Source: Phoronis australis (lineage: Eukaryota; Animalia; Phoronida). From it: a DNA stretch of 64,000 bases. A program made the translations under genes and the position numbers. The number at the start of each line of letters is the position of its first letter. The first letter of the stretch is position 1. Where the stretch lies: assembly GCA_002633005.1 (NCBI GenBank), contig NMRA01000025.1, forward strand, positions 729,785 through 793,784. The letters run 5' to 3'. This document shows positions 39,185-51,405 of the stretch, piece after piece. The notes beneath the pieces are model-generated. The model worked only from the letters and a program-made list of their open reading frames with translations. It had not been told where the DNA came from and made no database searches.

Positions 39185-40742
39185 GTGACCCATCACCACA
39201 AAATGAGTCTTAAGTCTGGATTTGTCGTTTTTTAATTGTTATTTTTTCTGAAAATACAGTATTTTCTGATCATTTTGAGTTATGAAACATATCCTTATCT
39301 TCACAAATGACCGAGTTATTGCCAATTCTAGTCGGGGAAAATTTAGAGCTTTCAAAAGTCAAGGAAAATGGCCAAGAAAAAGTGCCGATATTGTCTTAAA
39401 AATTTTCATAGCAACCTGCAGTTGAATGCTACATTTCAGGCTTATTAGTATACACAGCAACATAAACAAATAAAAGTAATCAAAAATTAGAAAAAATATA
39501 GACCTTATTATGTAATCTCAGCCAAAAAGGAGTGATATTCATGTTGGGTTGGTGCAACTGGGTTAATAAGTTTCCCAGCTAATGTATACAGGGTCAGTCC
39601 ACTTGTGGCAGGAGGGGTTACCGCAAGTAAAACAAGTAGTTAAAGTGTATTTTGGAGAAGTTTAATAAAATGAAGTCCTGTAGATTACAAAATACATGTT
39701 CGTGGCTGACTTTTGTTCAAAATAATTCAAAATTTTATGCTAGTGTGAATAATTGTTAAAAAAATGACAATCACTCATCCCTGTCCAAGTCCTCTGACAC
39801 TGACTGAAGAGCAACGATTTCCTCGACTTCTCACCGAGTGATTCAGCCCTATCGAAGATTGTTCTCTCTTGCAGTAATATTCAGCTGCTTGCACCCCGAT
39901 CCACTGGCTTTGCAGGTACAAAACATTGTTCTGCGATTAAGTTAATCCGGACTGTTTTCTTATTAAAGTTCTGTTTGTTCCAATCCAACGTAACCGCATT
40001 CGCGATGGGTCGTTCATGAAACTCATCTGGCGACGAGTTGCTGCCATCAGACGACTCGTCGCTGTCACGAAATTCCTCCTTGTCTCCATCCACAAATGTG
40101 CTCTTTGATGCGTTCAGTTAATTCTCGCTGATCTTGATACGGCAGTCAGATGCAAGAGTTAATCACTGAGATAACAGTTACATGGCGACCAGCCATCTTA
40201 CTGTCTTGTAAACATGCCATGACCTCGCGACCCCACAGTTTCACGCCCACTTAGCTAGTTCTAGCGTATGAGGTTAGCGATGTATTGGGTTAAAAGGTCG
40301 TTGCTAGCTAAAAGACTGGTGAGTGGCGCTTCTGTTGAATATACCCGGATGCAAAAAGTGAAATTACGACTGATGATTGGACGGAAAACTCAAAGAGCTT
40401 ACTACATTCATAAAGAGCAGAGTTTGACCTTTCTGTTGATGTGTTTACGAGCGAATTGGGTCATCGGGTGACTGAGCAATGGGGACACAAAAACTGGCAA
40501 ATTTCGATGAAAATTTCACGAGATATGCAGTCGTGGAGAAGGTGATGTTTTTCAAAATGAAATAAATAAGGTTTAAAGTGAAGTTTGCTTGTTTTAAAGT
40601 ATTGTTTTGTGAAGTAGAATGAATAAATAATCATAATCTGCAATAAAAAGTTTTGACCCAATTTTAACCGATAGCGACTGTTTGCAGTCTTGTCAGGAAG
40701 TAGAGTTTCCGACTTAAGACTCATTTTGTTGCGGTGGGTCAC
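39185..40742. mobile_element. Non-autonomous TIR DNA transposon, Sola1-like
   Basis: 32-bp TIR GTGACCCATCACCACAAAATGAGTCTTAAGTC versus GTGACCCACCGCAACAAAATGAGTCTTAAGTC (3 mismatches), with AATT on both flanks. An AWWT 4-bp TSD is typical of Sola1, so the family call is an inference. Confidence 0.8.
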
Positions 40743-40756
40743 AATTGGGCATTTTC

Positions 40757-40890
40757 GATCTCATAATAATCCTTACCACCATTGCCTGTGATCTCATAAT
40801 AATCCTGACCACCATTGCCTGTGATCTCATAATAATCCTGACCACCATTGCCTGTGATCTCGTAATAATCCTTGCCACCATTGTCTGTGA
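40757..40890. repeat. 33-bp minisatellite x4
   Basis: GATCTCATAATAATCCT(T/G)ACCACCATTGCCTGT x4, starting 14 bp after the TIR element. Confidence 0.93.
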
Positions 40891-41182
40891 CTTGCGTTGA
40901 TAAGGGAAATGGAATCCTACCGTGGTGAGGAATATTACAGGAGTGATTTCATGGGAGTGTGAAGCATTATGGGATTTTTGTTTTTAGCCAGCGAAATGCA
41001 CCTTCTACTTTTTGGCGAAGGTTCTGTCACACAAGGTGGCCCTAATGTATGCTGCTCTTGTTCGGCCGTCATGTCAAGGATTCCTGGGTCATTTAGTTTG
41101 ATTACTTTTGGTGTCTATTGTACAACGTTTTTTGTGTTCTTCTCAGCTATTTCAGCTTTCAAGTATTTTTCTTTAATTTCAG

Positions 41183-42797
41183 CCACTTGTTCTGGACAAA
41201 TGTAGTGAAGCCACCACGGGTCCAACGTGCCAATCTGGATGGTTCTGGCATCATCACTGTTGCGAACACGGACCTGGGCATGCCGGTGGGTCTAACGATC
41301 GATGCACAACACATGAGGGTCTACTGGGCCAATACAAAACTCCAACGCATTGAGAGCGCTGACTTCGACGGCACCAACCACCAGGTGCTGGTCAGAGATC
41401 ATCTTGACCATCCTCTTGCACTGGCTGTGCTGGACAGATACCTGTACTGGATTGATAAGAACACACAGGTGATTGAGAGAGTGGACAAGGTGACTGGGCT
41501 AAACCGGGAGCAGGTTGAAGGACGTGTGAGTAACCTTATTGACTTGCACGCAGTGACACCTGTGACGCTGCAACACTTGCGTGACCACCCATGTGATACG
41601 GACAATGGTGGATGCTCACACATATGCTTGCCTGAGACGGACGGCACGTCCAAGTGTGCCTGTCCGCAAGGACTCGAATTGCAAAATGATCGTCAGTGCG
41701 AGCGCCCTCCCACATGTAGCCCTGAGGAGTTCACTTGTGCCAGCGGCCACCCTCGTTGCATCCCACACTCGTGGCATTGTGACAAAGCATCCGAATGTGC
41801 TGATGGGTCCGATGAACTCGAGTGCGTGATCTGTGACCACGGCCAGTTTCAATGCTCCAATGGGAAGTGTATATCCAGCGAGAGTCGATGTAATGGGATC
41901 GACGATTGTCTGGATGGGGGTGACGAGCTCAACTGTTGTCTAGACAATCAATTTCGTTGTGCGGATTTCTCATGCGTGGACGCTACAGCTGTCTGTGATG
42001 GCAAGCAGCAGTGCTTGGACGGGTCAGATGAGATGTCCTGTACTGTTGCTACAACAGTAGGCACTGCTCCACCCAGCCAGTCTAGTAAACAGGCTTCTTA
42101 TAGTACACTGATTGCCGTGGCCGTCACATGCGTCACAGCCATTGTGATAATCGTAGTAGTGTGTTGGTATAGGAATCGCAACATAAGGTCTGGCAGTGAC
42201 GAGATCGTCATGGTCGCCAAGGGCATAAACCCCGTGTACGATATGGACGCTCACACGCACACGTTATCGTCAAGGGGGAAATCAGCAGCAACCACTGTCA
42301 TTTCAATGACATCGATACCCTCGTTGACTGTAGTATACGATCGCTGTCACGTGACAGGAGCCTCGTCCAGTAGTTCGTGCGGGACGCGGTATCCGCTAGA
42401 GACGCTGAACCCACCCCCAAGTCCAGTGACTGACCGGTCGGTTTGCATGGGTGACATTTATTGTTCAAATAGCCCGTCAACTGTGCGTTCTGGTCGGCTC
42501 TACAGCCGGCGGTGTAACGTTCCTCCTCTGCATACAACGCCATGCAGTACGGATGTTAACGAGGACAGTGAACCGTATGCGCCGCTGCCGCCAGCACGGC
42601 TGGTGCGCTCGACCCGGACTAAAAAGTACTATGCCATCGAGCAGTATGACTCAGATCCATACCCCCCACCGCCAACACCAAGAACAAACTATTTCTCGGA
42701 TGACCCAAGTTGTCCGCCCTCACCTTCGACAGAGAGGAGTTTCTTCCATAATCCATATCCCCCTCCGCCGTCGCCAGTGGCAACGTCGGATTGCTAG
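41183..42797 (+). CDS. LRP6: LRP5/6 terminal coding exon: rest of propeller 4, EGF4, 3 LDLa, TM, full intracellular domain
   Basis: tttcag|C CAC TTG TTC TGG. Three C-x-DGSDE-type LDLa repeats; TM LIAVAVTCVTAIVIIVVVCWY; HVTGASSSSS; motifs NPPPSPVT, TTPCST, PPPPTPR, CPPSPSTERS, PPPPSP; TAG stop at 42795-42797. Confidence 0.97.
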
Positions 42798-45360
42798 CAT
42801 TTCCGTTGATTCTATCATCATTGCAGCTGATAGAATGACCTTTTACATATCGTGATCATCGTTTGTATTGTTTACTAAGAGACTTTTTCATATTACAATG
42901 GCAAATGACCGCATGTTACCTATGACTTGTTCACCTCTCATACTTCACTCGAGGCTCAACATAAGACTTTAGTAATCCTACGACAGTCTTTCGAATTTCA
43001 CACGATGTCATTAGTCAGTTTTCAATTTGTGTCTTGAGAACATATGGTAGTCATGGGCCCTAGTTTTTCCTCAAAATTTATTGTCTACTTTGATATTGAC
43101 TGATTGGAAAGTGTGTTATGAGGAGTAGATGTATAAGTTTTGTCATGAAAGCATTATTTGTTTTGTTAGCCCTGTAGAGGACAGCTGTACAGTACATGCC
43201 AAAAGTTTTCGGACAAAGTGACCCACAATTCTCTGTCATGGCAGCTGACCAGAAGCTTAATTCATCTTCCGGGGGTTTCCCTCGCCTCTCAAAATGAGGG
43301 GGTAAGTCACAGGATAGTTTGTTTGTTCGCTTAGCTATTCTGTAGTTGTGCCCCCAGTCAGGTTTGCTCTAAGCAGAATTAACCGTCATGGTGGAGAAAC
43401 GTTATTTTGTCTGATTACTTGAGTAATTATATGTCATACGATCATCTGTCATTGTTATGTAAAAGTTTGTCATTGCCCTATGAATGGAGTTTGATGATAA
43501 GTTCTGACTGGCATGTTTGCATTTAATTGAATGCCTTGAAGTGTTTATCATAGGAAAAAGTATTATTTAAAGTATGTCAAAGTTAGTTTCCTGTTGAACA
43601 ATTTTATTTTAGGAAGAATTCACATATATGAGAGTAGACCTTATTCCTGCAACAGTACATTATGTTCTGATCCAAACATGATACTGTTTATCTATAACCC
43701 TCAAAATAATTTATTTTTTCTCTGGAAAATGTAGATTCTGCTTTTGTAGTAGAGTATAATTTGCTTGTTCACCACCTATGTATAGGTTGAACTATGTTTT
43801 TATATTGAAGGTCACAAAGATTCTTTATTATAGTTCAGTATTAGCGACATTTTACCAGCAAAAAGATCGGTGATATCTTGTTCTACCATGTAATTTATTC
43901 AAGAGTCTTTGTGTTCAGTAATCATGTCCTGAAATTGCAACTTTGAGCAAAATTTTTATATTTTTCAACTAATTGCGTTCTGCTAGATTGGACTACTAAG
44001 ATTTCAGTTTCGGGAGATTTCCCCACTAATTTGTTAAGGGTCACGTTCTGTTCACATTGTATTTGTGTTTCGAACTTGTATATAGGTTTATATATGTACA
44101 TTGTATATAAATACTTTTTAGTAATGTTAGGAAATTTTTGTACAGGTGTAAAGAAAGACGTGCAATTGTACACAATGTTTTGTAATACTCTGTAGATAAG
44201 TTGACCCCTGTCTAAAAGTTTTGTAAAGTTCTTGGGATATTGCTTTACAGCAGCTTTTGTATCATTTTTATTTTCTATGCACCACTAATTGTGGTCTGCT
44301 GGGCTGTCACTGTGTCTAAGCACTGGAGAGTATAGTCAGTTCTGGTATTGTTATATCGGCCACTGCGTGGGGGGTCTAAAACGGCGGACTTTACAGTAAG
44401 GAAAAATGAGTGTGAAGTGGTGTGTTAAGCCACCTATGAGCTCCATTCTGACCACAGCAAAATAATGGAAAACAAGTGTCAATTGTCTGATTTCACAACT
44501 CACAAAATATAAGCCTAACATTCAACATTTGTGACAACAGGATGTCCCTAGGTAATAGTGGTATTACTTAAGCAGCGTTCAGTAAACCTTGAACCTTGCA
44601 GCCAGATTATGGGTCAATCTTAAGGTTACTTAATTGCCATTTTTTAAATGTTGAGCAGTGATAAGTCCAAAATGAAGTCAATATAGTTATACTGTACTCT
44701 GTAGGAACACTCAACCAGAATGTGTGGCATGACCTTGGGAATCTCCAATGCTGGACTCCCAAAGTCAAGTGAACTAGATATTTTTTGAAATATATACAGG
44801 ATTGTTGCAACGAATGTGGCAGTTTTGTGAAGATTTTACTCAAATCTTCAAGGCTGAAGTGGAATACTCCCCAGGTAGTCTCTGGCTTTTGTATCAATTG
44901 GTGGTGAAATAGCTAACATAAAATTCCACTAATACCTCATATAGTAAATAATAGTGAGGGCCGTCTGACCCATTCATTGGGCTATGCAAAGTAAAAGAAA
45001 AATGTATTGTGTTTCTGTATATTCGTGTTTTGTATCTTCCTTTGTACTTAACGACTGAAACTTAATTCGATAGGGTGCTTGGAGAGTTGAGTTCATTTAC
45101 AGCACATTGTTTAACTGCAGTGTGCTTTTCACATTTGTATTTGTAGAATGTTACTGTTAACAATGACGGATCTGGAAGGTTGTGGGGAGACCACCACTGT
45201 TGTCCAAGAAAAAGTGTCCACTAAGCCCCTAAAAATATCTTTCTATCTTTTGATCATGTCCCTGGTAGGGGCTGCCCCCCCCCAAATCCACCTATGGTTA
45301 GCCTTTTGTATCAAGCCATATTGTTTGTTTCATTTTGTATTAAACATTCAACATGGTGTT

Positions 45361-45366
45361 ATTAAA
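45361..45366 (+). promoter_or_regulatory. Candidate LRP5/6 polyadenylation signal (3' UTR about 2.6 kb)
   Basis: ATTAAA followed by GT-rich GGTTTTGTGGTC. The T/G-rich + strand skew typical of the gene body appears to fade near 45.5 kb (judged by eye). Confidence 0.3.
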
Positions 45367-47227
45367 ATCCTACTGGTTTTGTGGTCACTGAATCGACTGC
45401 CTTTTGCATGTGGTCCAGGATTTGTCGTTTTACGTTTCAGTCGATAGAGGGTGCTTTGTGATGTTAAGTGATCGAGATGGATAAGTTATTTTACGAAGTA
45501 ATTGTCATACAATAGAATATGTAATTTTGAACTGTCCGCTCTTCTGTATTTTACAAACACTATTTCCAATTCCTAGGGGGGTAGATTTGATTTAATCCAC
45601 TGGTCTACATTGCACGAATACTGTACCCATTTCCGGGATGTACAATCTCCGCGTTGGGCTTTCCTGAGGTTATTATTTATCTCCAGGTTTAAAATGGTGA
45701 TTCCTCTGAAGATGTGACTCTGAAGAAATAATTCCTGCCTGCCCGAAACGCAATTTTCAAACTAGGTTAATCGTACACGAAGTATCTCAGTAACCATTCC
45801 ATGCTGTGGTAGAGAGTGATTTTAATCCACGAACAAACCGTGCAAATGAGTGTCAAAAAGACGACACAGTGTAGTCTTCTATTCATCGCATGTGGTTTTG
45901 ATGGAAAATTCTGTCACACAAAGAACGAGACGAGACAAGTTTGTTAATAGTTCCACAAGCTGTTTCACACTACACCTTCGTGCCACAAGTATGGAAAACG
46001 CCAATTAACTAGGAGTGGGACAATACATTTTTAGGAATTCGTTTCGATTCTTGTTGGTCAAATTAACTCATTTTTCTCAGAGTAGTTGACTTACCATTAG
46101 TGCCAATTTTTGTAACAAATTTGTTAAATGTGATAAGATGTCAACTAACGGAGGATCCTGAGCTGATTTTGTTCAATATCTCCATCTCTTCCAAAGACAA
46201 AAATCTCTTCGAAAATCTGTAACTAAGAATCGAACCCAAATGGGCCTTGGCGTATCGATATCGAAATCTTTCGCTCCCACATCGCGATTCGACCGCAATT
46301 CGGTTAATCGTGGCACCGTTACATTTAACCCTCTAATAAACGATAAATACTCCGTAGTTTTTGAGGAGTCACTTTCAAATTGTGCCGTGACAACTGAATA
46401 AGCCACAGGGATGTTGTTGTGTACATTCAAATTAAACTTGACAAATGTGACGAGACTAGAGCTTTATTTACAAGAGAATCGTGAACTTTGTTTAAGAGAA
46501 CGACTTGACGTAAATGCGGAATACACATTTTCCATTAGTCCGTATACACGGCAAACATGGAATTTACATGTTGAACCAACATTCATTTTCTACCTTAAAA
46601 ACGAGTGAACATTGTGTTTCCACGTAAGATTTTCAGACAGTTTTGAATAATGATTTTTGTGGATTTTTTTCAGATGTCCACGCATTTCAAAACATTCAAA
46701 TATTCCATCACTTTTTCCGTGAATCGGTATATAGCTACACTTTATTGATTTCCCGTACACATGGAAGGCACAGTCACCGCCTGTCTCCTTCAAGGCAGCA
46801 AATCGACGACTGAAGCGACACCCTCACTGTTTGTAGCTGCTTTAATGAATACAACCAGCGTCGGTCATCTCAAATGTCATTAAATAACAGCCCAGTGCTA
46901 GCTTACGATTAAAACTCTTTACGTAGCAGAATAACTTTAAGAAACTAGGAATCAACTTCATAGTAGTTCACGGCAAGAATAGCAAACCATAAGAAACAAC
47001 TTACTCCAATAGATAAACGCATAATGACGGTAAAGCATTCGCCTCGGCACAAGTAACGCCGCCAGAAAGTCTATACTGAAATCATAGACATCACAACCTT
47101 CCGCGTCTTTTCCGTTAGATATCGCAAGTTGTAAACGGCAATTTGCCTCGTTTCTTTACACGGCGAGTAACCGTGTCCCGTGACTAGAAACACTTTCCGT
47201 CAACGCGTCAAGTTGTCAGCTGCAGTA

Positions 47228-47307
47228 GCGCGTGCGTCCGGACTACAGTATGATGATGTCTATGACTGCGCGTGCGCCCAGTCTACAGTATTATGATGTC
47301 TATGACT
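47228..47307. repeat. 40-bp direct duplication in a CpG-rich patch
   Basis: GCGCGTGCGTCCGGACTACAGTATGATGATGTCTATGACT x2 (imperfect). A 62-bp duplication lies nearby at 47555-47683. Confidence 0.8.
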
Positions 47308-50159
47308 GACATGGTCGCCACTGTCTCAACATTCACCAGTTCAGGTTATGCAGGACCTTGTCAACATGTCTGTCCATTTATCCAAATATCTTCAAAACTG
47401 TAGATTTTAACTCAGGAAAACCCTGTGCATATTTTCTAAAAATCAAGCCTGCAGAATTTCATCATGGCCGACTTTTGAACAGTTTGTTATTAACTGAGTC
47501 ATGTGACAAGGCTTTTTTGGTAAAATGTACCAAAAATAAAGGTACATTGATAGCAAAATAACGATATCAGTTACACGACCTGTTTCATTTGCTACAAATA
47601 TTCAAGATGAAATCTCAAAATAACGATATCAGTTACACGACTTCTTTCATTTGTTACAAATATTCAAGATCGAATCTCAAAAACGCTGTTGCAGTTTCCT
47701 AAATTATCATTTCGCATGCGTTTCATGAACCTTAGATTTTTTTTCTTGAAAGCCATAAAAGTACTATTTTTGATAGCCCCCTTATGCAAAAGAGGAGCAC
47801 TTTAAAACACGTAACAGCGTATGGACGGTGCATAAAGCAAATTGTCTTGAACTTTCATATGAATCCGATCAGCCATTTCTGAGATATGATGTCTCAAACT
47901 TGATCAAATTTAGCCATTTCTCTAGGATCCTACACAACGTTTAGAAGTCGGAATAAGATACATCAAGTGCCACCTATCGCAGCAATGAGAAAAAAATACC
48001 TCTGAAAAGAGAGTTTATAAGAATAAATAGAACCCAGAACCTCGTGGGACTTTAAAAAAAAGATTTTCAAAACAGTTTTACAACGCCCTTTTGTACAGTG
48101 AAATATTATTGAACAGTTTGACGTTTGGCCGTTTTTAAAGAGAAAATTCGGAGTTGTTAACGTCGACCAGCCATGTAACTGGTACATTATCACAAAATTC
48201 AATGTTTTCATCGAACATATGTCGAGAGGGTGACATGTGCAGCCATATAGTGCTATTTCATTATGAACCATCATTACTTAGGAACATGTGACTGCGGTTG
48301 GTTTACGTTTGGTTTCAAGAATCCTTCTAGTAAAACCAAGCGGTAAGAGTACCTTGAAGTCAACTGAGAATATTCCTACAACGTTTTTTCTAATCGACTC
48401 GGATTTTTCTCAGAATGTTCACGATTCTGATCCCTAAAAATTCGCATGAACGGGCTTCTAGTCATCCCTGTAGCCTCGTCCATGCGAGTCTTAGCAGAAG
48501 ACTTTCCGGAATCTTAAAAGTAATATCCTCAAGAATGCAAAAATTGAGCACATATTAACGGTGTTCATGTGAACACAAAATTTGGAGAAAAATCTGAAAA
48601 ATATCCCAGAAAACTCTGCATACAGATTGGCCTGGACGGACCTTATGACCTCGTGCGTTTTGAGGACGCCACAAAATTCTTTACGTCGAGTGTTTTTGTT
48701 CTCAGACTGCAATCCTTGAGCATTTCACTGCATAAAAACAATTTCATGCGTTTCCAATGCTTTCAGTAAGGCGTTACGGGATCAGTACAGTTACCATCAT
48801 TCTGTAGTACACATCTCCATCCTTGTACTGGAAGTTACGTAAACTTACTTGAGCAATAGATATATCAGCTTTTTGTAGTAAACCTCTTGAAGGGTCTTGA
48901 CCTGAAAGTCCTTGGCCTGAAAGTCCTTGGTCTGAAAGTCAATTATTATATACTCGGTAATAACTCGCTCTACAAAACAGGCGCAAGGGCATTTAATGGA
49001 CCATAGACATGTTTGTACTCTTACACTTACGAAATTAATACGTAATCTTTAAGAAAGTCCGTATGTCAGAGCTTTCTGGGATGACGTGCTTTAACTTTTG
49101 TAAACAAAGGACTCCCAGTTTTTTAACAAGTCACATGAAAGGCACGACTATAGGTCTGTGGATCAATTTTTTAAATGTTACAGTACGAATCTCTGTTCAA
49201 AATGAAACCAAGACTTAGAATGACTGAGACAGAACAACTACTTATCCTAGTTCATCTTTGTCTCTTAAAAAGTTTCTAAACCTGGTTTTAACATATTAAA
49301 CATATTGATTTGAACTTGAATACTTAAATCTTTGAAAAAAGCAATGTCTTGTCACGGTTGTCAGCTTTCAAAAGTTAAAAGCAAGTTCAAGACGTTTCGC
49401 AGTCTTCAAAATCGTGACTAACTCTTGGGCGAGTTTGTCCAAGGCTGTGGAAAAAGACCTCCGATTTCGAACCACAGAGATTTTCACACAATGAGGCTGT
49501 TACTGTGGGTTGAATAATGCTTTTATGGTTCAGTGGAGGAACTCAGGAGCTTGTTTCACTAAATGTCGTAAATTTAAGCCAAAAAGGTACAACAGGTCAT
49601 AAGTCTCGGTTTAGATTCTGCATAAATTTGAGTTGCGACGTCTTCGTGTAACAGGCGTAGGATGAGAGGACCGACTGTAGGTGTAATAACTGGGTTCTGT
49701 ATCCTTTTAACTATCTGTAAATGAGCGCTTGTAGAAATACGGCACATGAACGTCTAAGAGAGCGTTCTGGGTTAATTATAAGTGCACGGTGCGCGTATAC
49801 ACAAAATGAGCCATACCATAAATATGAAACGTCAAGACAATTTACTGTACAAATATAGCAAAGTTTGAAAACGCTGTTCTGAAATAGATATGTGCTGACG
49901 TGCAGCCCTTCAACATTGGCGACCGTCTCTGCAAAGGTGGTAACGCCAAAAACGGCTGCGTTCCCTTCTAAGTGCGAATACGGGTTCGATCGAATTCTCG
50001 TAAGTTTTAATGTTTTACACCGAAAGTAGATCGTACTATCTTTGGAAAAAAGCAACACTCATGATGTACTATTAAGGTAAAGCTAACAGTCCGCTTGCAC
50101 CGTACGCTATGTCATTCGTATCCAACTTTCTTATTTATCCCCAAACACCGCACCAGCCT

Positions 50160-51405
50160 CTTCACTCATGTTTAATACAATATGTTCCTCTTACACATGT
50201 ATGTTAAGCCGTTGTCTTTGCCAAGTGTGGTCTCGGTTTTCCTCAGCCACATTTTCTGAAGGAGCGACGAACTGCTTTCGTTACTGTTTCCACGGCTGTT
50301 GTACTTTCTAATTAGTTTTCCATTTTTGAAGCGAACTTGCGTGACGTCTGTTTGGATATTCAAGTATTTTACTCGCTTCTTAGGTTTCAGTGTTTTGTAA
50401 AACATTGCTGACCAGGGAATCGTCAATACCGGGTTTCTATTCTGACGTCACGCCGCTGTTTTCGTCAACACCAGTTTTATCTTCAATGTTAGTTGAAAAC
50501 TTCTCACTGTTTTCCAATTTTTGGTGCAAACTTTTGTCACTTTCCTTTAAAACAACGAGGTCAACTTCTTGGTCGACAAGATTCCTCGCACTCCCATCGT
50601 ATTTTACACTAATTTCTTTCCCGTTTCTTCGCTTTCTTTGCCAAAAGTTTAGGATTCGCTTCGTTATTTTTGCCCCCATTGTCTACAAAACCAATTTTGT
50701 TTCCAACGTTTCGGTCACTTCTCTGCTCATCGTCTTCATTTCCCTCTCCTGGGTCATAATTACTCACACTTCCGTCAACTAGAATTGTTACTTCTCTTCT
50801 TTCAGTAAGCATATCATCATTTCGTCTGCTTTAGCATAATCATCATGTTGTTCAGCGGCAGAACGTGTAACAGCAACGTTTTCATTTGTGGAGGCTTCTA
50901 CACCTTGATCAATGACTAGTTGACCCCTATCATCTTGGTGTCAGTTACTCTCTTAAATCTACTGTCGCATTCTCAGATGTAGGCCTAATAACGTTGCAAA
51001 ACGCGTCTGTTGCTTCTGAACTTATCTGTAGTTGACATTCGGGTTCCACTCCGTTGGTGTCGTTACTCCCCCCCCCCCCCCCCCACCNNNNNNNNNNNNN
51101 NNNNNNNNNNNNNNNNNNNNNNNNNNNNNNNNNNNNNNNNNNNNNNNNNNNNNNNNNNNNNNNNNNNNNNNNNNNNNNNNNNNNNNNNNNNNNNNNNNNN
51201 NNNNNNNNNNNNNNGGCCAACCACCAAGCGTTCTTCATGCGAATCGTCCGATTGGCCTTCAATGTAACTTTCATTTTCCTTATGTTCAGAAGAACTATTT
51301 TCATAGCTGGTCCTACTTCCCACTTGTTCTTTTATGTTGGTTTGAGTATGATTTTCGCCTTCATTCAGCGCTGTGGTTTCGTGTACAATGTCTACATCTA
51401 GCCTT
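50160..51405 (-). pseudogene. Decayed coding continuation of the giant acidic exon
   Basis: Acidic peptides of the same composition continue past the stop in shifting frames (LDVDIVHETTALNEGEN..., SNDTNGVEPE..., HQDDRGQLVIDQGVEASTNEN..., EISVKYDGSARNLVDQEVD...), with several frameshifts and in-frame stops. The region contains the N gap. Confidence 0.7.
51088..51214. other. Assembly gap (127 N) beside a poly-C run
   Basis: N run; single Ns also occur at 12632 (next to poly-C) and 27393. Confidence 1.

Noticed and set aside
41118-42797. Stand-alone 559-aa gene or LRP retrocopy
   Set aside because: The track start is a TTG inside a polypyrimidine tract. A phase-compatible acceptor at 41183 completes the upstream exons into one full-length LRP5/6.
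43190-43430. Tc1/mariner-like end TA-CAGTACATGCCAAAAGTTTTCGGACA in the LRP 3' UTR
   Set aside because: I could not find a convincing matching right TIR, so it is not reported as a feature.
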